Of a stretch of 64,000 bases of DNA, positions 22,020 to 31,911 are shown piece after piece. The translations under genes and the position numbers were made by a program. Origin of the DNA: an uncultured Alphaproteobacteria bacterium (GTDB taxonomy: Bacteria; Pseudomonadota; Alphaproteobacteria; HIMB59; GCA-002718135). Position 1 is the stretch's first letter. Each line of letters opens with the position of its first letter. The DNA is taken from assembly GCA_902577945.1 (NCBI GenBank), contig CACHBB010000001.1, positions 109,344-173,343 on the forward strand. Direction: 5' to 3'. The notes beneath the pieces were generated by a model that saw only the letters and a list, made by a program, of their open reading frames with translations, made no database searches and was not told where the DNA came from.

Positions 22020-22575
22020 CGATAGGTCTAACCTCTTGTACTTCAGGCACATAATGTTTTAGCATATTCTCAATACCCATCTTTAGTGTTGCTGTTGAAC
22101 TTGGACAACCAGAGCAAGCGCCTTGCATATGAAGATATACTACTCCATCTTTAAAGCTGTCATAAATAATGTCACCTCCATCCATAGCAACTGCCGGTCT
22201 AACTCTAGTATCTAATAACTCTTTAATCTGTTTTACTATATCGGTGTCATTTTCATCTGTTTGTAAAGATTTATTATGATTTTTTTGTTCTTCGGTAATG
22301 GTTTGTTCGTTGGAATTGTAATGATCCATAATAGATCCTAATATTAATGGTTTCATTACTTGCCAATCTTCAGTTTGATTTTTAGTTATTGTTATAAAAT
22401 CACTGCCAAAAAAAACGCCTTCCACTCCATCAATTTTAAAAAGTCTCTTAGCGAATGGTGAATTAGATCCCTCTTCAATATTTTGAAAAAAAGCTGTTCC
22501 ATTATCCATCACTACCTTACCTGGTAAAAATTTTAATGTTTGCGGATTTGGTGTTTGTTCAGTTTGTATAAACAT
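22012..22575 (-). CDS. nfuA: NifU/NfuA-type Fe-S carrier
   Basis: MFIQTEQTPNP, VRPAVAMDGGD, GACSGCPSS. Confidence 0.92.
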   Translation of the reverse strand: MFIQTEQTPNPQTLKFLPGKVVMDNGTAFFQNIEEGSNSPFAKRLFKIDGVEGVFFGSDFITITKNQTEDWQVMKPLILGSIMDHYNSNEQTITEEQKNHNKSLQTDENDTDIVKQIKELLDTRVRPAVAMDGGDIIYDSFKDGVVYLHMQGACSGCPSSTATLKMGIENMLKHYVPEVQEVRPIDE

Positions 22576-22647
22576 ATTGACTATATATAGTTATTAATAT
22601 GTCTTTCGTATGAATTTTGTCAAAAAAATTTAAAAATTTGGGGAATT

Positions 22648-23655
22648 TTAGCTTAAAAAACCAATAATTTCTTTGGTTTTCATTAAAACTGGCTCAGCAA
22701 CAGATCTCGCATTGTTTCTACCATCTTTAAGAATAGAATCTATGTAAGTTATATCACTCAGTAATTTGTTCATTTCTTTTGTAATTGGCTCTAACTTTGC
22801 AATTGCTAAATCTGACAATTCTTGTTTAAAAAACGAAAATTCCTTAAGTCCATATTCTTTAATTACATTTTCTACTGTATCATCTTTAAGAGATGCAAAA
22901 ATTGAGATTAAATTTTCAGCTTCTGGCCTATTTTCTAAATCCTTTTTATTATCAGGCAGTGGTTTTGGATCAGTTTTAGCTTTTTTTATTTTTTGTACAA
23001 TTTTATCTGCTGTATCAGTTAACATAATTCTAGAATAATCAGAGGGATCAGATTTACTCATTTTTTTTAATCCGTCTCTAAGACTCATAACTCTTGTTGC
23101 TTCACCAATAATTAGTGGCTCGGGTATTGGGAATAGATCAGTTTTAAAATCATTATTAAATTTTTGTGCAATATCCCTTGTTAATTCTAAGTGTTGCTTT
23201 TGATCATCACCAACTGGCACATGAGTAGCTAAATATATTAATATATCTGCTGCCATTAGTGTTGGGTAAGAAAATAAACCAACTGATACATTCTCACTAT
23301 TTTTACCAGCTTTATCTTTAAATTGTGTCATACGGTTTAACCACCCCATTCTTGCAACACAATTAAATATCCATCCAAGTTGAGCATGTTGTGGTACTTG
23401 AGATTGAACAAAAATATTATTTTTATTTGGATCAATTCCAGACGCAACAAAAGCTGCTGTTACTTCTCTAGTTTTGTCTTTTAAAACTTCTGGATCTTGC
23501 CAAACTGTTATAGCATGTAAATCAACAACACAGAAAAAACACTCATAATCTTTTTGTAGTGTTACAAAATTTTTAATTGCACCAAGATAATTCCCTAAAT
23601 GCAAGTCACCGGAGGGTTGTACGCCTGATAAGATTCTATTATTTGGTTTTTCCAT
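22648..23655 (-). CDS. trpS: Tryptophan--tRNA ligase
   Basis: [22 protein letters not shown]. Confidence 0.97.
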   Translation of the reverse strand: MEKPNNRILSGVQPSGDLHLGNYLGAIKNFVTLQKDYECFFCVVDLHAITVWQDPEVLKDKTREVTAAFVASGIDPNKNNIFVQSQVPQHAQLGWIFNCVARMGWLNRMTQFKDKAGKNSENVSVGLFSYPTLMAADILIYLATHVPVGDDQKQHLELTRDIAQKFNNDFKTDLFPIPEPLIIGEATRVMSLRDGLKKMSKSDPSDYSRIMLTDTADKIVQKIKKAKTDPKPLPDNKKDLENRPEAENLISIFASLKDDTVENVIKEYGLKEFSFFKQELSDLAIAKLEPITKEMNKLLSDITYIDSILKDGRNNARSVAEPVLMKTKEIIGFLS

Positions 23656-23656
23656 T

Positions 23657-25204
23657 CTAATTCTTTAAATATTCATTAAGCTGATTAAATGTGATTACTT
23701 TTAACATAATTACTAAACTAAGATAAATAATTATAGATAAAATAATCAAAAGAATTAAAAAAAATGAGTTTAATAATAAGGAAACAGAAGTCAGATCTAT
23801 GAATAAAAATTCCTTTATGAAATGAGTGGTTAAAACAAGAATAAAAGAACATATCAAAATCTTCAAAGTATTTGTGATTATTAAATTATCCAATTTGATA
23901 TTATTTCTTATTAATAAAAAGAAATATAACAATAATGCATTTATCCATGCACTTATGGCTGTTGCGAGTGCTATCCCCATTTCACGCATAGTCTGAATTA
24001 ATATTAATGATAAAATAATATTACTAACGACACTTATAATTGAAATGTAGAGTGGTGTTTTGGTATCTTGTCTTGCAAAAAAACATGAAACTAACACCTT
24101 AATAATAATATACGCTGGTAATCCTAAAGAAAAAAATCCAAGAACTTTTGCGGTATAATAAGTATCTTCTTTGAGAAATGCTCCTCGTTCAAAAAGAATA
24201 TAAATTATAGGCTCTGCTAAAATAAACAATCCTATTGCTGAAGGTATAGATATAAGTAATGAAAATTCAATTGATCTATTCTGAATATTATCAATTGTTG
24301 ATTGATCTGATTGCTTTATTGCTTTTGATAGACTGGGTAAAAGCACTATACCAATAGCTATTCCAAAAATTGCTAATGGTAATTGATTAAGACGATCAGC
24401 ATAATAAATATGACTAATTGCACCAGATGGTAGAAAAGAAGCAATGATTGTTCCAATAACTATATTTAATTGAATAACGCCGGATCCAATTATACCTGGT
24501 AAAAATAATTGAAAAAATTTTTTAAGTTTTTTATCATAAATTGGAATTCGTATACGAGGTCGATAGAGTTTTAGAACTGATGTATACAAAAATAAAAATT
24601 GAAAAATACCGCCAATGAGAACTCCGTATGATAAAGCGTGACCAGTGCTTGGTAAAAAAGGAGTTAAGAAAAACAATGAAAGTATAAAACTCATATTTAG
24701 AATAGCAGGTGCAAATGCGCCGGCTGCAAATTTTTCATGAACGTTGTTTACAGAAGCAAAATGTGATGCCAGAGATATAAAAATTATATATGGAAATATA
24801 ATTTTGCCAAAATGAACCGCTAGCTCATAAGCTTCTTTATTATTAGTGAAACCAGGAGCTAATATTTGAATAATGTACGGCATTCCAAAGAAAAAAATAA
24901 TAGTTAATAAAATAGTTACAAAAAATAACATTGAAGTTGTGTTTTCTATAAAATCCGCTGCCTCTGTATTATCTTTGGGATTTAAGATGACACCAGAAAA
25001 AACAGGTACAAAAGCTGCACTATAAGCTCCTTCCGCTAAAACGCGTCTAAAAAAGTTGGGAATTCGAAATGCCACAAAAAATGCATCAGCCATTACAGAT
25101 GATCCCAAATATCTTGCTATTAAGATATCACGAATAAATCCTAAAATTCTGCTTAAAAAAGTATAAAAGCTGACAGTAAAGAATGATCGAAAAAAATTCT
25201 TCAT
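23657..25204 (-). CDS. murJ: Lipid II flippase
   Basis: [45 protein letters not shown]. Confidence 0.95.
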   Translation of the reverse strand: MKNFFRSFFTVSFYTFLSRILGFIRDILIARYLGSSVMADAFFVAFRIPNFFRRVLAEGAYSAAFVPVFSGVILNPKDNTEAADFIENTTSMLFFVTILLTIIFFFGMPYIIQILAPGFTNNKEAYELAVHFGKIIFPYIIFISLASHFASVNNVHEKFAAGAFAPAILNMSFILSLFFLTPFLPSTGHALSYGVLIGGIFQFLFLYTSVLKLYRPRIRIPIYDKKLKKFFQLFLPGIIGSGVIQLNIVIGTIIASFLPSGAISHIYYADRLNQLPLAIFGIAIGIVLLPSLSKAIKQSDQSTIDNIQNRSIEFSLLISIPSAIGLFILAEPIIYILFERGAFLKEDTYYTAKVLGFFSLGLPAYIIIKVLVSCFFARQDTKTPLYISIISVVSNIILSLILIQTMREMGIALATAISAWINALLLYFFLLIRNNIKLDNLIITNTLKILICSFILVLTTHFIKEFLFIDLTSVSLLLNSFFLILLIILSIIIYLSLVIMLKVITFNQLNEYLKN

Positions 25205-25390
25205 AAAATTATTTTACAGTTTGATGAGTGATTTGTATAAATTAAAATATTATTTAACATTATGTTTTTTATAAAGATGAATGATGTCTATTAGTTTGAA
25301 ATAATTAGAAAATTTGATGAAATTATGGCTTATTTGAACTCTTAAGTATTTCTCTATTGATTATTTAATAAGATTAAATATAAAATTTAT

Positions 25391-25474
25391 ATGAATTCAG
25401 AAAATCCTAATCCACCAAAGTGTGGTTGTAGTTGTAGCTGCTGCTGTACTTGTGAAGGTGAAGGTTGTTGTTAA
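25391..25474 (+). CDS. Small Cys-rich peptide, metallothionein-like (MNSENPNPPKCGCSCSCCCTCEGEGCC); not in ORF track
   Basis: Translated by hand: 27 aa, 9 Cys; preceded by TTGATT-N16-TATAAA-N6-ATG; adjacent to zinc locus. Confidence 0.65.
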   Translation: MNSENPNPPKCGCSCSCCCTCEGEGCC

Positions 25475-25534
25475 TCATATATTTCGAGTAAAAAAACTTT
25501 TAGAAATTACTCAGATTAAAATCTTTTAACAAAT

Positions 25535-25945
25535 TTATTTTTTTAAATTAATAATAATATTAGACTTACTGTTAATCGCGGGGAATCTTCCCACTATATT
25601 AGATCTATAAATTTCAGGTCTATGTCTACGTCTTAAAAAACCATCTTCAGATTTGCTATAGGTTAATAAAAGTTCTTGTAATGAATTAATATAATCAGAA
25701 TTTTTAGGATCTATATCTCCAAATACATAGGTAAAACAATTTTCTGCAGTCAAAGATACAATACATGAACGTTTACAATTACTCATACAATTTACACCTC
25801 TTAAAGTTACATTTTTTTTATTTTTAAATTTATCAATTAATTTATGAGCAAGTTTTTCTCCTGCAAGTTTACTATTATTTTCATCTTCATTAAGTTTACA
25901 TGTGAGACAAACAGATAATATTATTTCTTTTTCTTTTTGTGACAT
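25535..25945 (-). CDS. DUF1636 family predicted metal-binding protein
   Basis: VCLTC ... VNCMSNCKRSCIVSL ... TYVFGD pattern. Confidence 0.8.
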   Translation of the reverse strand: MSQKEKEIILSVCLTCKLNEDENNSKLAGEKLAHKLIDKFKNKKNVTLRGVNCMSNCKRSCIVSLTAENCFTYVFGDIDPKNSDYINSLQELLLTYSKSEDGFLRRRHRPEIYRSNIVGRFPAINSKSNIIINLKK

Positions 25946-25966
25946 TTTTATTTTAAATTTAAAAAT

Positions 25967-26221
25967 CTAATGAGTGTGATTTGTTAGATTATTAATATCT
26001 GACTCCTCTATTTCTTCTATTGATTTCGCTACTCGCCAATTTTTCATTGATCCGTCTTCATTTCTTGCGGTAATAACAGTTTCAATTGGTGGACAATCGG
26101 GCTCATGACAACTGAGTTCAGCAATACTTATTAAAGTATTTTCTGATAATTTATATTTCTTGGAAATTAAATGTTTGAGATTTCTTATTTTTTCAACATT
26201 TTGATTTTTACGATTAAACAT
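25967..26221 (-). CDS. Small hypothetical protein with CxEPxCPP motif
   Basis: ELSCHEPDCPPIETVI; AGGAG RBS; HTH C-terminal tripeptide. Confidence 0.7.
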   Translation of the reverse strand: MFNRKNQNVEKIRNLKHLISKKYKLSENTLISIAELSCHEPDCPPIETVITARNEDGSMKNWRVAKSIEEIEESDINNLTNHTH

Positions 26222-26231
26222 ATTTTCTCCT

Positions 26232-27269
26232 TTAATTGTCTGCCCATAAAGATGATAAAAGAATAGAACCTTTCATATCCCCAATTAATATTTGTGAATT
26301 ATCACTAGATATCGCTATTGTTGAAACTTCCGAACCTGTTGAACTTCTAATCATAATTGGTTTTTTACTTTCATCAATTTCTGCTAATAAAACTGACCCA
26401 TCTGTAAAACCGGTGAAAACAGCTTTTTCTCCATTTAGTGCTTTAACAAATGTTGCAAGTTCTTTACCACCGTTTGCAACAACAATTGGCTTTCTCCCCA
26501 TTGGTCCTTCTGTGCCATCAAATGGCCAGCAAACTGCATCACTGGATCCAGATGTTACCAAATACGGTGTATCACCAACCCAAGTAAAACTTTTAATTTT
26601 TGATGGATAACCTCTCATTGCTAAATCAGCTTTGTCGTTTATGCGCCAACCATGAATTTGATTTTCTTGCATTGCAGTGACAATATATTTTGTATCTGGG
26701 CTAAACGTTACAGTTCCATGCGATCCTTTCCATGTAAAATTTGATGCTGTCCATTTATTATTATTAAGTTTCCACACTGTTACTCCACCGTATCTTGAGA
26801 CTGCCAGACGTTTACCTTTATTATCAAATGCTAATCCACCAACTGTACTTGGATGCTCTAAAGTTTGTGGTTTATCTTTGTTTTTTGTCCAAATATAAAC
26901 AGTCTTTCCTGATGAACAAACTTTAGTATCTTTGTGGGAAGCTACACAGTCAACCCACTTTGAACCAAAATTAAAAATTTCATCAATATTTCCATCAGAT
27001 GATATTTTTAGAAAACGTCCATCTTCTCCTCCCGTTAACACATGATCTTCATAATTTGTCATACTCAACACTACACCCTTATGTGCTTTAACAGTTTTAG
27101 GATCAGATCCAGATTGAAAAAATCTTACAGTACCGTCTCCAAATCCTACCGCTATTTGATCACGAATTGTAACCGCTTCTGTAGCTGGGGCTCCAATATT
27201 AAAAATTGAACCTCTTCTTTCAAGTTCAGTTTTATTTGATTCTTGAAGTTTTTCTAAATCAGCGTTCAT
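26232..27269 (-). CDS. WD40-repeat beta-propeller protein
   Basis: Repeated GDG.V/GEDG and W-terminated blades; 4-bp overlap with the COG0523 gene. Confidence 0.85.
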   Translation of the reverse strand: MNADLEKLQESNKTELERRGSIFNIGAPATEAVTIRDQIAVGFGDGTVRFFQSGSDPKTVKAHKGVVLSMTNYEDHVLTGGEDGRFLKISSDGNIDEIFNFGSKWVDCVASHKDTKVCSSGKTVYIWTKNKDKPQTLEHPSTVGGLAFDNKGKRLAVSRYGGVTVWKLNNNKWTASNFTWKGSHGTVTFSPDTKYIVTAMQENQIHGWRINDKADLAMRGYPSKIKSFTWVGDTPYLVTSGSSDAVCWPFDGTEGPMGRKPIVVANGGKELATFVKALNGEKAVFTGFTDGSVLLAEIDESKKPIMIRSSTGSEVSTIAISSDNSQILIGDMKGSILLSSLWADN

Positions 27270-28237
27270 GCTGATTTACAATTTTCAAAGCCTTCCTTAA
27301 GATTCATATTATCAAGATCACGACCAATAAATACTACTCGAGAACTTCTATCTTTTCCTTTAGGCCAAGGTCCCATTGGTGAAGCATCCATAAGCATATG
27401 CACTCCTTGAAATACATATCGCTCTTCTTCCCCTTTAAAGTTCAAAATTCCTTTTGATCGAAGAATGTCCTGACCTTTAGTCCTCAGTAAATTTCCAAAC
27501 CAATCTTGAAACTTATCCATATCTAATGGTGTATCAGATACAAAGGATAGACTAGTAACATCATCATCATGTTCATGATCATGATCTGATTCAAGAAAGT
27601 CAGGTTCAATATCTAATACTCTATCTAGACTAAATGCATTTAAGCCTACGATTTCATCAAGAGGTGCATCACAACGTGTTGTTTTAATAATCTTTGCAAA
27701 AGGATTAATTTTTCTAATACGATCATTAACTTTTACAATGTCATTATCTTCAACAAGTTCAACTTTATTTAACAAAATTACATCAGCAAAAGCAATTTGT
27801 TCTTCTGCTTCATGATGATCGACTAATTGAGAACTTAGATGAACAGCATCGGCAACTGTAACAATTGCATCTAATTTTGTTCTATCAGCAACATCTTGAT
27901 CAACAAAAAATGTCTGAGCAACTGGGGCTGGATCTGCTAAACCAGTTGTCTCAACTATAATTGCATCAAGCTTATCAGCACGTTTCATTAAGCCACTTAG
28001 AATTCTAATTAAATCACCTCTAACAGTGCAACAAATGCACCCGTTGTTCATTTCAAATACTTCTTCATCAGCATCAACAACAAGATCATTGTCGATACCT
28101 TGTTCACCAAATTCATTAACAATGACAGCGTATTTCCGTCCATGCTGTTCAGTTAAAATTCGATTTAAAAGAGTTGTTTTTCCAGCTCCAAGAAACCCTG
28201 TTAAAACAGTAACTGGAACCTGAGAAGTATTTTCCAT
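27266..28237 (-). CDS. COG0523/CobW-family metallochaperone GTPase
   Basis: GFLGAGKT, NEFG, GCICC, ETTG, HDHEHDD linker, CobW_C (RSKG, FQGVH, VFIG). Confidence 0.93.
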   Translation of the reverse strand: MENTSQVPVTVLTGFLGAGKTTLLNRILTEQHGRKYAVIVNEFGEQGIDNDLVVDADEEVFEMNNGCICCTVRGDLIRILSGLMKRADKLDAIIVETTGLADPAPVAQTFFVDQDVADRTKLDAIVTVADAVHLSSQLVDHHEAEEQIAFADVILLNKVELVEDNDIVKVNDRIRKINPFAKIIKTTRCDAPLDEIVGLNAFSLDRVLDIEPDFLESDHDHEHDDDVTSLSFVSDTPLDMDKFQDWFGNLLRTKGQDILRSKGILNFKGEEERYVFQGVHMLMDASPMGPWPKGKDRSSRVVFIGRDLDNMNLKEGFENCKSA

Positions 28238-28261
28238 ATCAATTTCCTTATAATTAGTTTT

Positions 28262-28294
28262 ATAAATTCCACCTTAATACAAGGTGGAATTTAT
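28262..28294. terminator. Intergenic hairpin between znuA and COG0523 gene
   Basis: ATAAATTCCACCTT-N5-AAGGTGGAATTTAT, perfect 14-bp stem. Confidence 0.7.
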
Positions 28295-28308
28295 TTAAAT
28301 ATTAAAAT

Positions 28309-29844
28309 TTAACAGCCTTTAAGCTCGTTCCCGAGATTACTAATCAACGTAAAGTAAAGTGACTTACCAGCATCAATGTTAGCACCTAAAGGATCAAAAA
28401 CTCCTGTTTTGATATTCATATCCTCAGCTATTGTTGTAATAATCTTTGGATTAAATTGAGGTTCAGAGAAAATACATTTTATTCCCTTATCCTTAATAAC
28501 ATCCTGAATATCAGCTATTTGCTTCGCACCAGGTAAAACATCAGTATTCAATGTTAATGCTCCTGCTGCTCTTACACCAAATCTTTCTTCAAAGTATTGG
28601 TAGGCGTCATGGAAGACAACAAATTTTGCATCAGAATTAATATCTGTACCAACATCACTAATAAGCTGATCTAAAGCTTTAATTGTTGCTTCAGCATTTG
28701 CTTCATATTTCTCTTTATTGGCAGGATCTAAATCACCTAACTCATGAGCTATTTCATGAACCATTTCTTTAGCATTCATTGGATCTAGCCAAATGTGAGC
28801 ATCAAATTCACCGTGTGCATGGCCGTGATGATCGTGATGATCGTGACCATCCATTTCTGGTTCTTGAGCAATTGGTTCTATGTCTGCACCAGAGGTATCT
28901 TTGAAGAAATGTTCATTTGCTTCAAACTCAAAAGGCATGTGCTCTGTGAAGAAAGCATATTTTCCATTCTCAGCTATTTCAACAGTAAACACAGTCATAT
29001 TTTGAGAATCATCAAAATTTAAAGAGTATGCAATCTCTTTAGCAACAAGAGTTCCACCATTTGTTTTTTTTGCGGAAGTTTTACTTTCTAAAAGTTCTTC
29101 AGCCGTTTCCTCAACTGCTTCAATATCATCAGCCGCTAGTAATACTAACTTCATAGCAGGGTCAGCATAATCGCCATCAACTTTAGCAGCAGACCACTTA
29201 TATGTTCCCGCTTTTAGATCAAATAATCCTGCCCATTCAAAAGCATGTGCACCGTGTGCGTGATCATCGTGGTCATCATGATCATCGTGATCATCATGGT
29301 CATCATGATCATCGTGGTCGTCGTGGTCATCATGATCGTCGTGGTCATCGTGATCATCATGGTCATCGTGATCATCATGATCGTCATGGTCATCATGATC
29401 ATCATGATCATCATGATCATCATGATCGTCATGATCGTCATGATCGTCATGGTCATCGTGATCGCCAAAAATAGACTCTTCTCTAAATTTTAATTTAGCA
29501 ATTGTTTCAACTTCCATAAACTCTACAACTTCAGCACTTTTTGCTATTGACTCAAGAGGTTCTTCTAATGATGTCTCAATACCCTCCCCAATCCAAAATA
29601 CTATATCTGCCTCTTCAAGCATTTTTGCATGAGATGGTTTCATTGTAAAACTATGTGGAGATATGCTTCCTTCAATTATAAGTCCAGGTTCACCAATTCC
29701 ACTCATAACATTAGAAATTAATGAATGAAGTGGTTTGATAGTTGTTACAACTTTTAATTCTGCTCTAGCAGATGCAGTTGCAGCAAGAATTCCTGAAAAC
29801 AAGATAATTTTAAAAACATGTAGAAAAAAATTCATTTGTTTCAT
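28309..29844 (-). CDS. znuA: Zinc ABC transporter substrate-binding protein with long His/Asp loop and inserted domain
   Basis: VVTTIKPL, SPH, DAHIWLDP, FHDAYQYFE, SEPQF; start moved to MKQMN at 29844 (AGGAAT upstream; ORF-track start lies inside the Zur box). Confidence 0.92.
   Translation of the reverse strand: MKQMNFFLHVFKIILFSGILAATASARAELKVVTTIKPLHSLISNVMSGIGEPGLIIEGSISPHSFTMKPSHAKMLEEADIVFWIGEGIETSLEEPLESIAKSAEVVEFMEVETIAKLKFREESIFGDHDDHDDHDDHDDHDDHDDHDDHDDHDDHDDHDDHDDHDDHDDHDDHDDHDDHDDHDDHDDHDDHDDHAHGAHAFEWAGLFDLKAGTYKWSAAKVDGDYADPAMKLVLLAADDIEAVEETAEELLESKTSAKKTNGGTLVAKEIAYSLNFDDSQNMTVFTVEIAENGKYAFFTEHMPFEFEANEHFFKDTSGADIEPIAQEPEMDGHDHHDHHGHAHGEFDAHIWLDPMNAKEMVHEIAHELGDLDPANKEKYEANAEATIKALDQLISDVGTDINSDAKFVVFHDAYQYFEERFGVRAAGALTLNTDVLPGAKQIADIQDVIKDKGIKCIFSEPQFNPKIITTIAEDMNIKTGVFDPLGANIDAGKSLYFTLISNLGNELKGC
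29260..29463 (-). repeat. Coding 9-bp tandem repeat, D-(HDD)x22-H
   Basis: 198 nt of CAY-GAY-GAY units (29263-29460) with synonymous variation. Confidence 0.95.
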
Positions 29845-29883
29845 AAAAGTATTCCTATTTGAATTATGTGTGTTAAATGAAGT

Positions 29884-29902
29884 AATGTTATAATATAACA
29901 TT
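29884..29902. promoter_or_regulatory. Zur box
   Basis: Perfect palindrome AATGTTATA-A-TATAACATT matching the proteobacterial Zur consensus, between divergent znuA and znuC. Confidence 0.92.
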
Positions 29903-29921
29903 TTTTATTGTAAATAATTAA

Positions 29922-30671
29922 ATGCTAGAAAATAATAATTTATTAGTCAAATTAGATAACTGTGGTGTTTACAAATCATCTAAATGGATTGTACGAGGAG
30001 TAAGTTTAGAAATTCATAAAGGGCAAATTGTTACTCTAATAGGACCTAACGGTTCCGGAAAGACAACATCAGCTAAAATGATACTTAAGATACTTCAATC
30101 TGATGAAGGGCAAGTAGAGAATTATGCTATTAAAATGTCTTATGTACCACAAAAAATTAATATTGACTGGACAATGCCTCTTCGTGTCATAGATTTTATG
30201 AAATTAACAAGTCATATTAATAATTTAGAAATTATTGACGCTTTAAAATTAACTGGGGTTGATAATCTTCTTTATAACGACATACATAATTTATCTGGTG
30301 GAGAATTTCAGAGAGTCTTAATTGCTAGGGCAATCGCAAAAAAACCAGACTTACTTGTTTTAGATGAACCAGTTCAAGGAGTTGATTTTAATGGAGAAAT
30401 CGCCCTATACAATCTTATAAAAAAAATTAGCACAACACTTAATTGTGGAATATTATTAATATCACATGATCTTCATTTTGTTATGTCAGCTACAGATCAT
30501 GTAATTTGCTTAAATGGTCATATATGTTGTTCTGGAACACCAAAATCAATTGTAAAGGATTCTGCATACATAGAATTATTTGGTGAACATAAAGCTACAA
30601 CTTTATCACTTTATCAACATGATCATGATCATTCTCATGAAACAGATGGGAGTGTTTCAAATAATGTTTGA
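29922..30671 (+). CDS. znuC: Zinc ABC transporter ATPase
   Basis: GPNGSGKT, LSGGEFQR, LDEP, HICCSG, His-rich C-terminus. Confidence 0.93.
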   Translation: MLENNNLLVKLDNCGVYKSSKWIVRGVSLEIHKGQIVTLIGPNGSGKTTSAKMILKILQSDEGQVENYAIKMSYVPQKINIDWTMPLRVIDFMKLTSHINNLEIIDALKLTGVDNLLYNDIHNLSGGEFQRVLIARAIAKKPDLLVLDEPVQGVDFNGEIALYNLIKKISTTLNCGILLISHDLHFVMSATDHVICLNGHICCSGTPKSIVKDSAYIELFGEHKATTLSLYQHDHDHSHETDGSVSNNV

Positions 30672-31467
30672 TGATTTTTTTACTAGAGCTCTAATAGCAG
30701 GTATTGGTATCGCCATAGTAGCAGGACCTCTCGGATGTCTTGTAATTTGGCGAAGGTTGTCTTATTTTGGAGACACATTATCACACTCAGCGTTACTAGG
30801 CGTCACTTTAGCATATTCTTTTAGTTTTAATATTACATTTTCAGTCTTTATAATATCAGCTGTCATTGCCTTACTTTTAATTAATTTACAAAAAAGAACA
30901 AAACTTGCAGGAGACTCCTTACTTGGTCTGCTTGCTCACTCTACACTTGCAATAGGTCTTGTATTAATTGGATTTCTTACTTCAATAAGATTTGATCTTA
31001 TGGGTTTATTATTTGGAGATATACTTGCAGTTAACATAGAAGATATTACCTTGGTTTATGTTGGTGGTGTCGCAATATTAACGATTTTATACTTTATTTG
31101 GAAATCATTGTTTTCAGCTACTGTGAATTATGATCTAGCCGCAGCAGAAGGAATGAAGCCTGAAGTTTCAAATTTTATTTTTACTCTTTTATTAGCAGGT
31201 GTCATTGCACTTTCTATAAAAATGATTGGTGCTTTATTGATTACTGGTTTACTTTTAATACCAGCAGCAATTGCAAGAAATGTTAGCAGTAGTCCCCGGC
31301 AAATGGTTATAATTGCAACTTTAGCTGGCGTGGTTTCAGTGATTGCAGGATTGTTTGTTTCGCTTGAGATTAATACTTCTTCAGGGCCTTCTATAATTGT
31401 AGTTGCATTAATATTATTTATTATTTCGCTTATTCCTTTAGAGATAAAGGGCCAGTTGCAAAAATGA
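30664..31467 (+). CDS. znuB: Zinc ABC transporter permease
   Basis: MFDDFFTRAL start, YFGDTLSHSALLG, LFGDILAV, IGALLI. Confidence 0.93.
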   Translation: MFDDFFTRALIAGIGIAIVAGPLGCLVIWRRLSYFGDTLSHSALLGVTLAYSFSFNITFSVFIISAVIALLLINLQKRTKLAGDSLLGLLAHSTLAIGLVLIGFLTSIRFDLMGLLFGDILAVNIEDITLVYVGGVAILTILYFIWKSLFSATVNYDLAAAEGMKPEVSNFIFTLLLAGVIALSIKMIGALLITGLLLIPAAIARNVSSSPRQMVIIATLAGVVSVIAGLFVSLEINTSSGPSIIVVALILFIISLIPLEIKGQLQK

Positions 31468-31474
31468 AAACAAT

Positions 31475-31894
31475 TTGATAACTAAAATTATGGAATTAGA
31501 ATCAGAAAATTTAACCAAAAACCAGAAAACAGTTCTCAGCGTTCTGGAGAAATCTTCTGAGCCAATGAAGGCATATACCATTCTTTTTGATATCCAAAAA
31601 AAGGGCATAAAATCACCACTACAAGTTTACCGTGCATTGGATAAATTAATTGAAATTGGCAAAGTACACAAAATAGAAAGTAGAAATTCTTACATTGCTT
31701 GTAAACATGAAAATTGTAATGCCAAAAACTCAACTACGTTTTTAATATGTGAAAATTGCGAGAAAGTAATAGAACTAAAAAGGGATAACTTATCGCTATA
31801 TTTTTCAAAACAAGCTGTAAAAGATAACTTTCAATACAGAAAACATAATTTAGAAATTTATGGAATTTGTAATGATTGCAAAGGAGTTAACTAG
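31475..31894 (+). CDS. zur: Fur-family zinc uptake regulator
   Basis: QVYRAL, HKIESRNSYIAC, two CxxC; in znu operon beside a Zur box. Confidence 0.9.
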   Translation: MITKIMELESENLTKNQKTVLSVLEKSSEPMKAYTILFDIQKKGIKSPLQVYRALDKLIEIGKVHKIESRNSYIACKHENCNAKNSTTFLICENCEKVIELKRDNLSLYFSKQAVKDNFQYRKHNLEIYGICNDCKGVN

Positions 31895-31911
31895 TAAAAT
31901 TTATGGCTTAA

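Noticed and set aside
29260-29463. Possible CRISPR array
   Set aside because: Contiguous 9-bp coding units with no spacers; no cas genes
29202-29493. Three alternative-frame ORFs over the HDD repeat (His/Arg-rich and Met/Ile-rich)
   Set aside because: By-products of a stop-free 9-bp repeat inside znuA
29845-29901. ORF-track N-terminal extension of ZnuA
   Set aside because: Starts inside the Zur box; a better RBS and signal peptide begin at 29844
30580-30663. ORF-track N-terminal extension of ZnuB
   Set aside because: Overlaps the znuC His tail; the typical MFDDF start is at 30664
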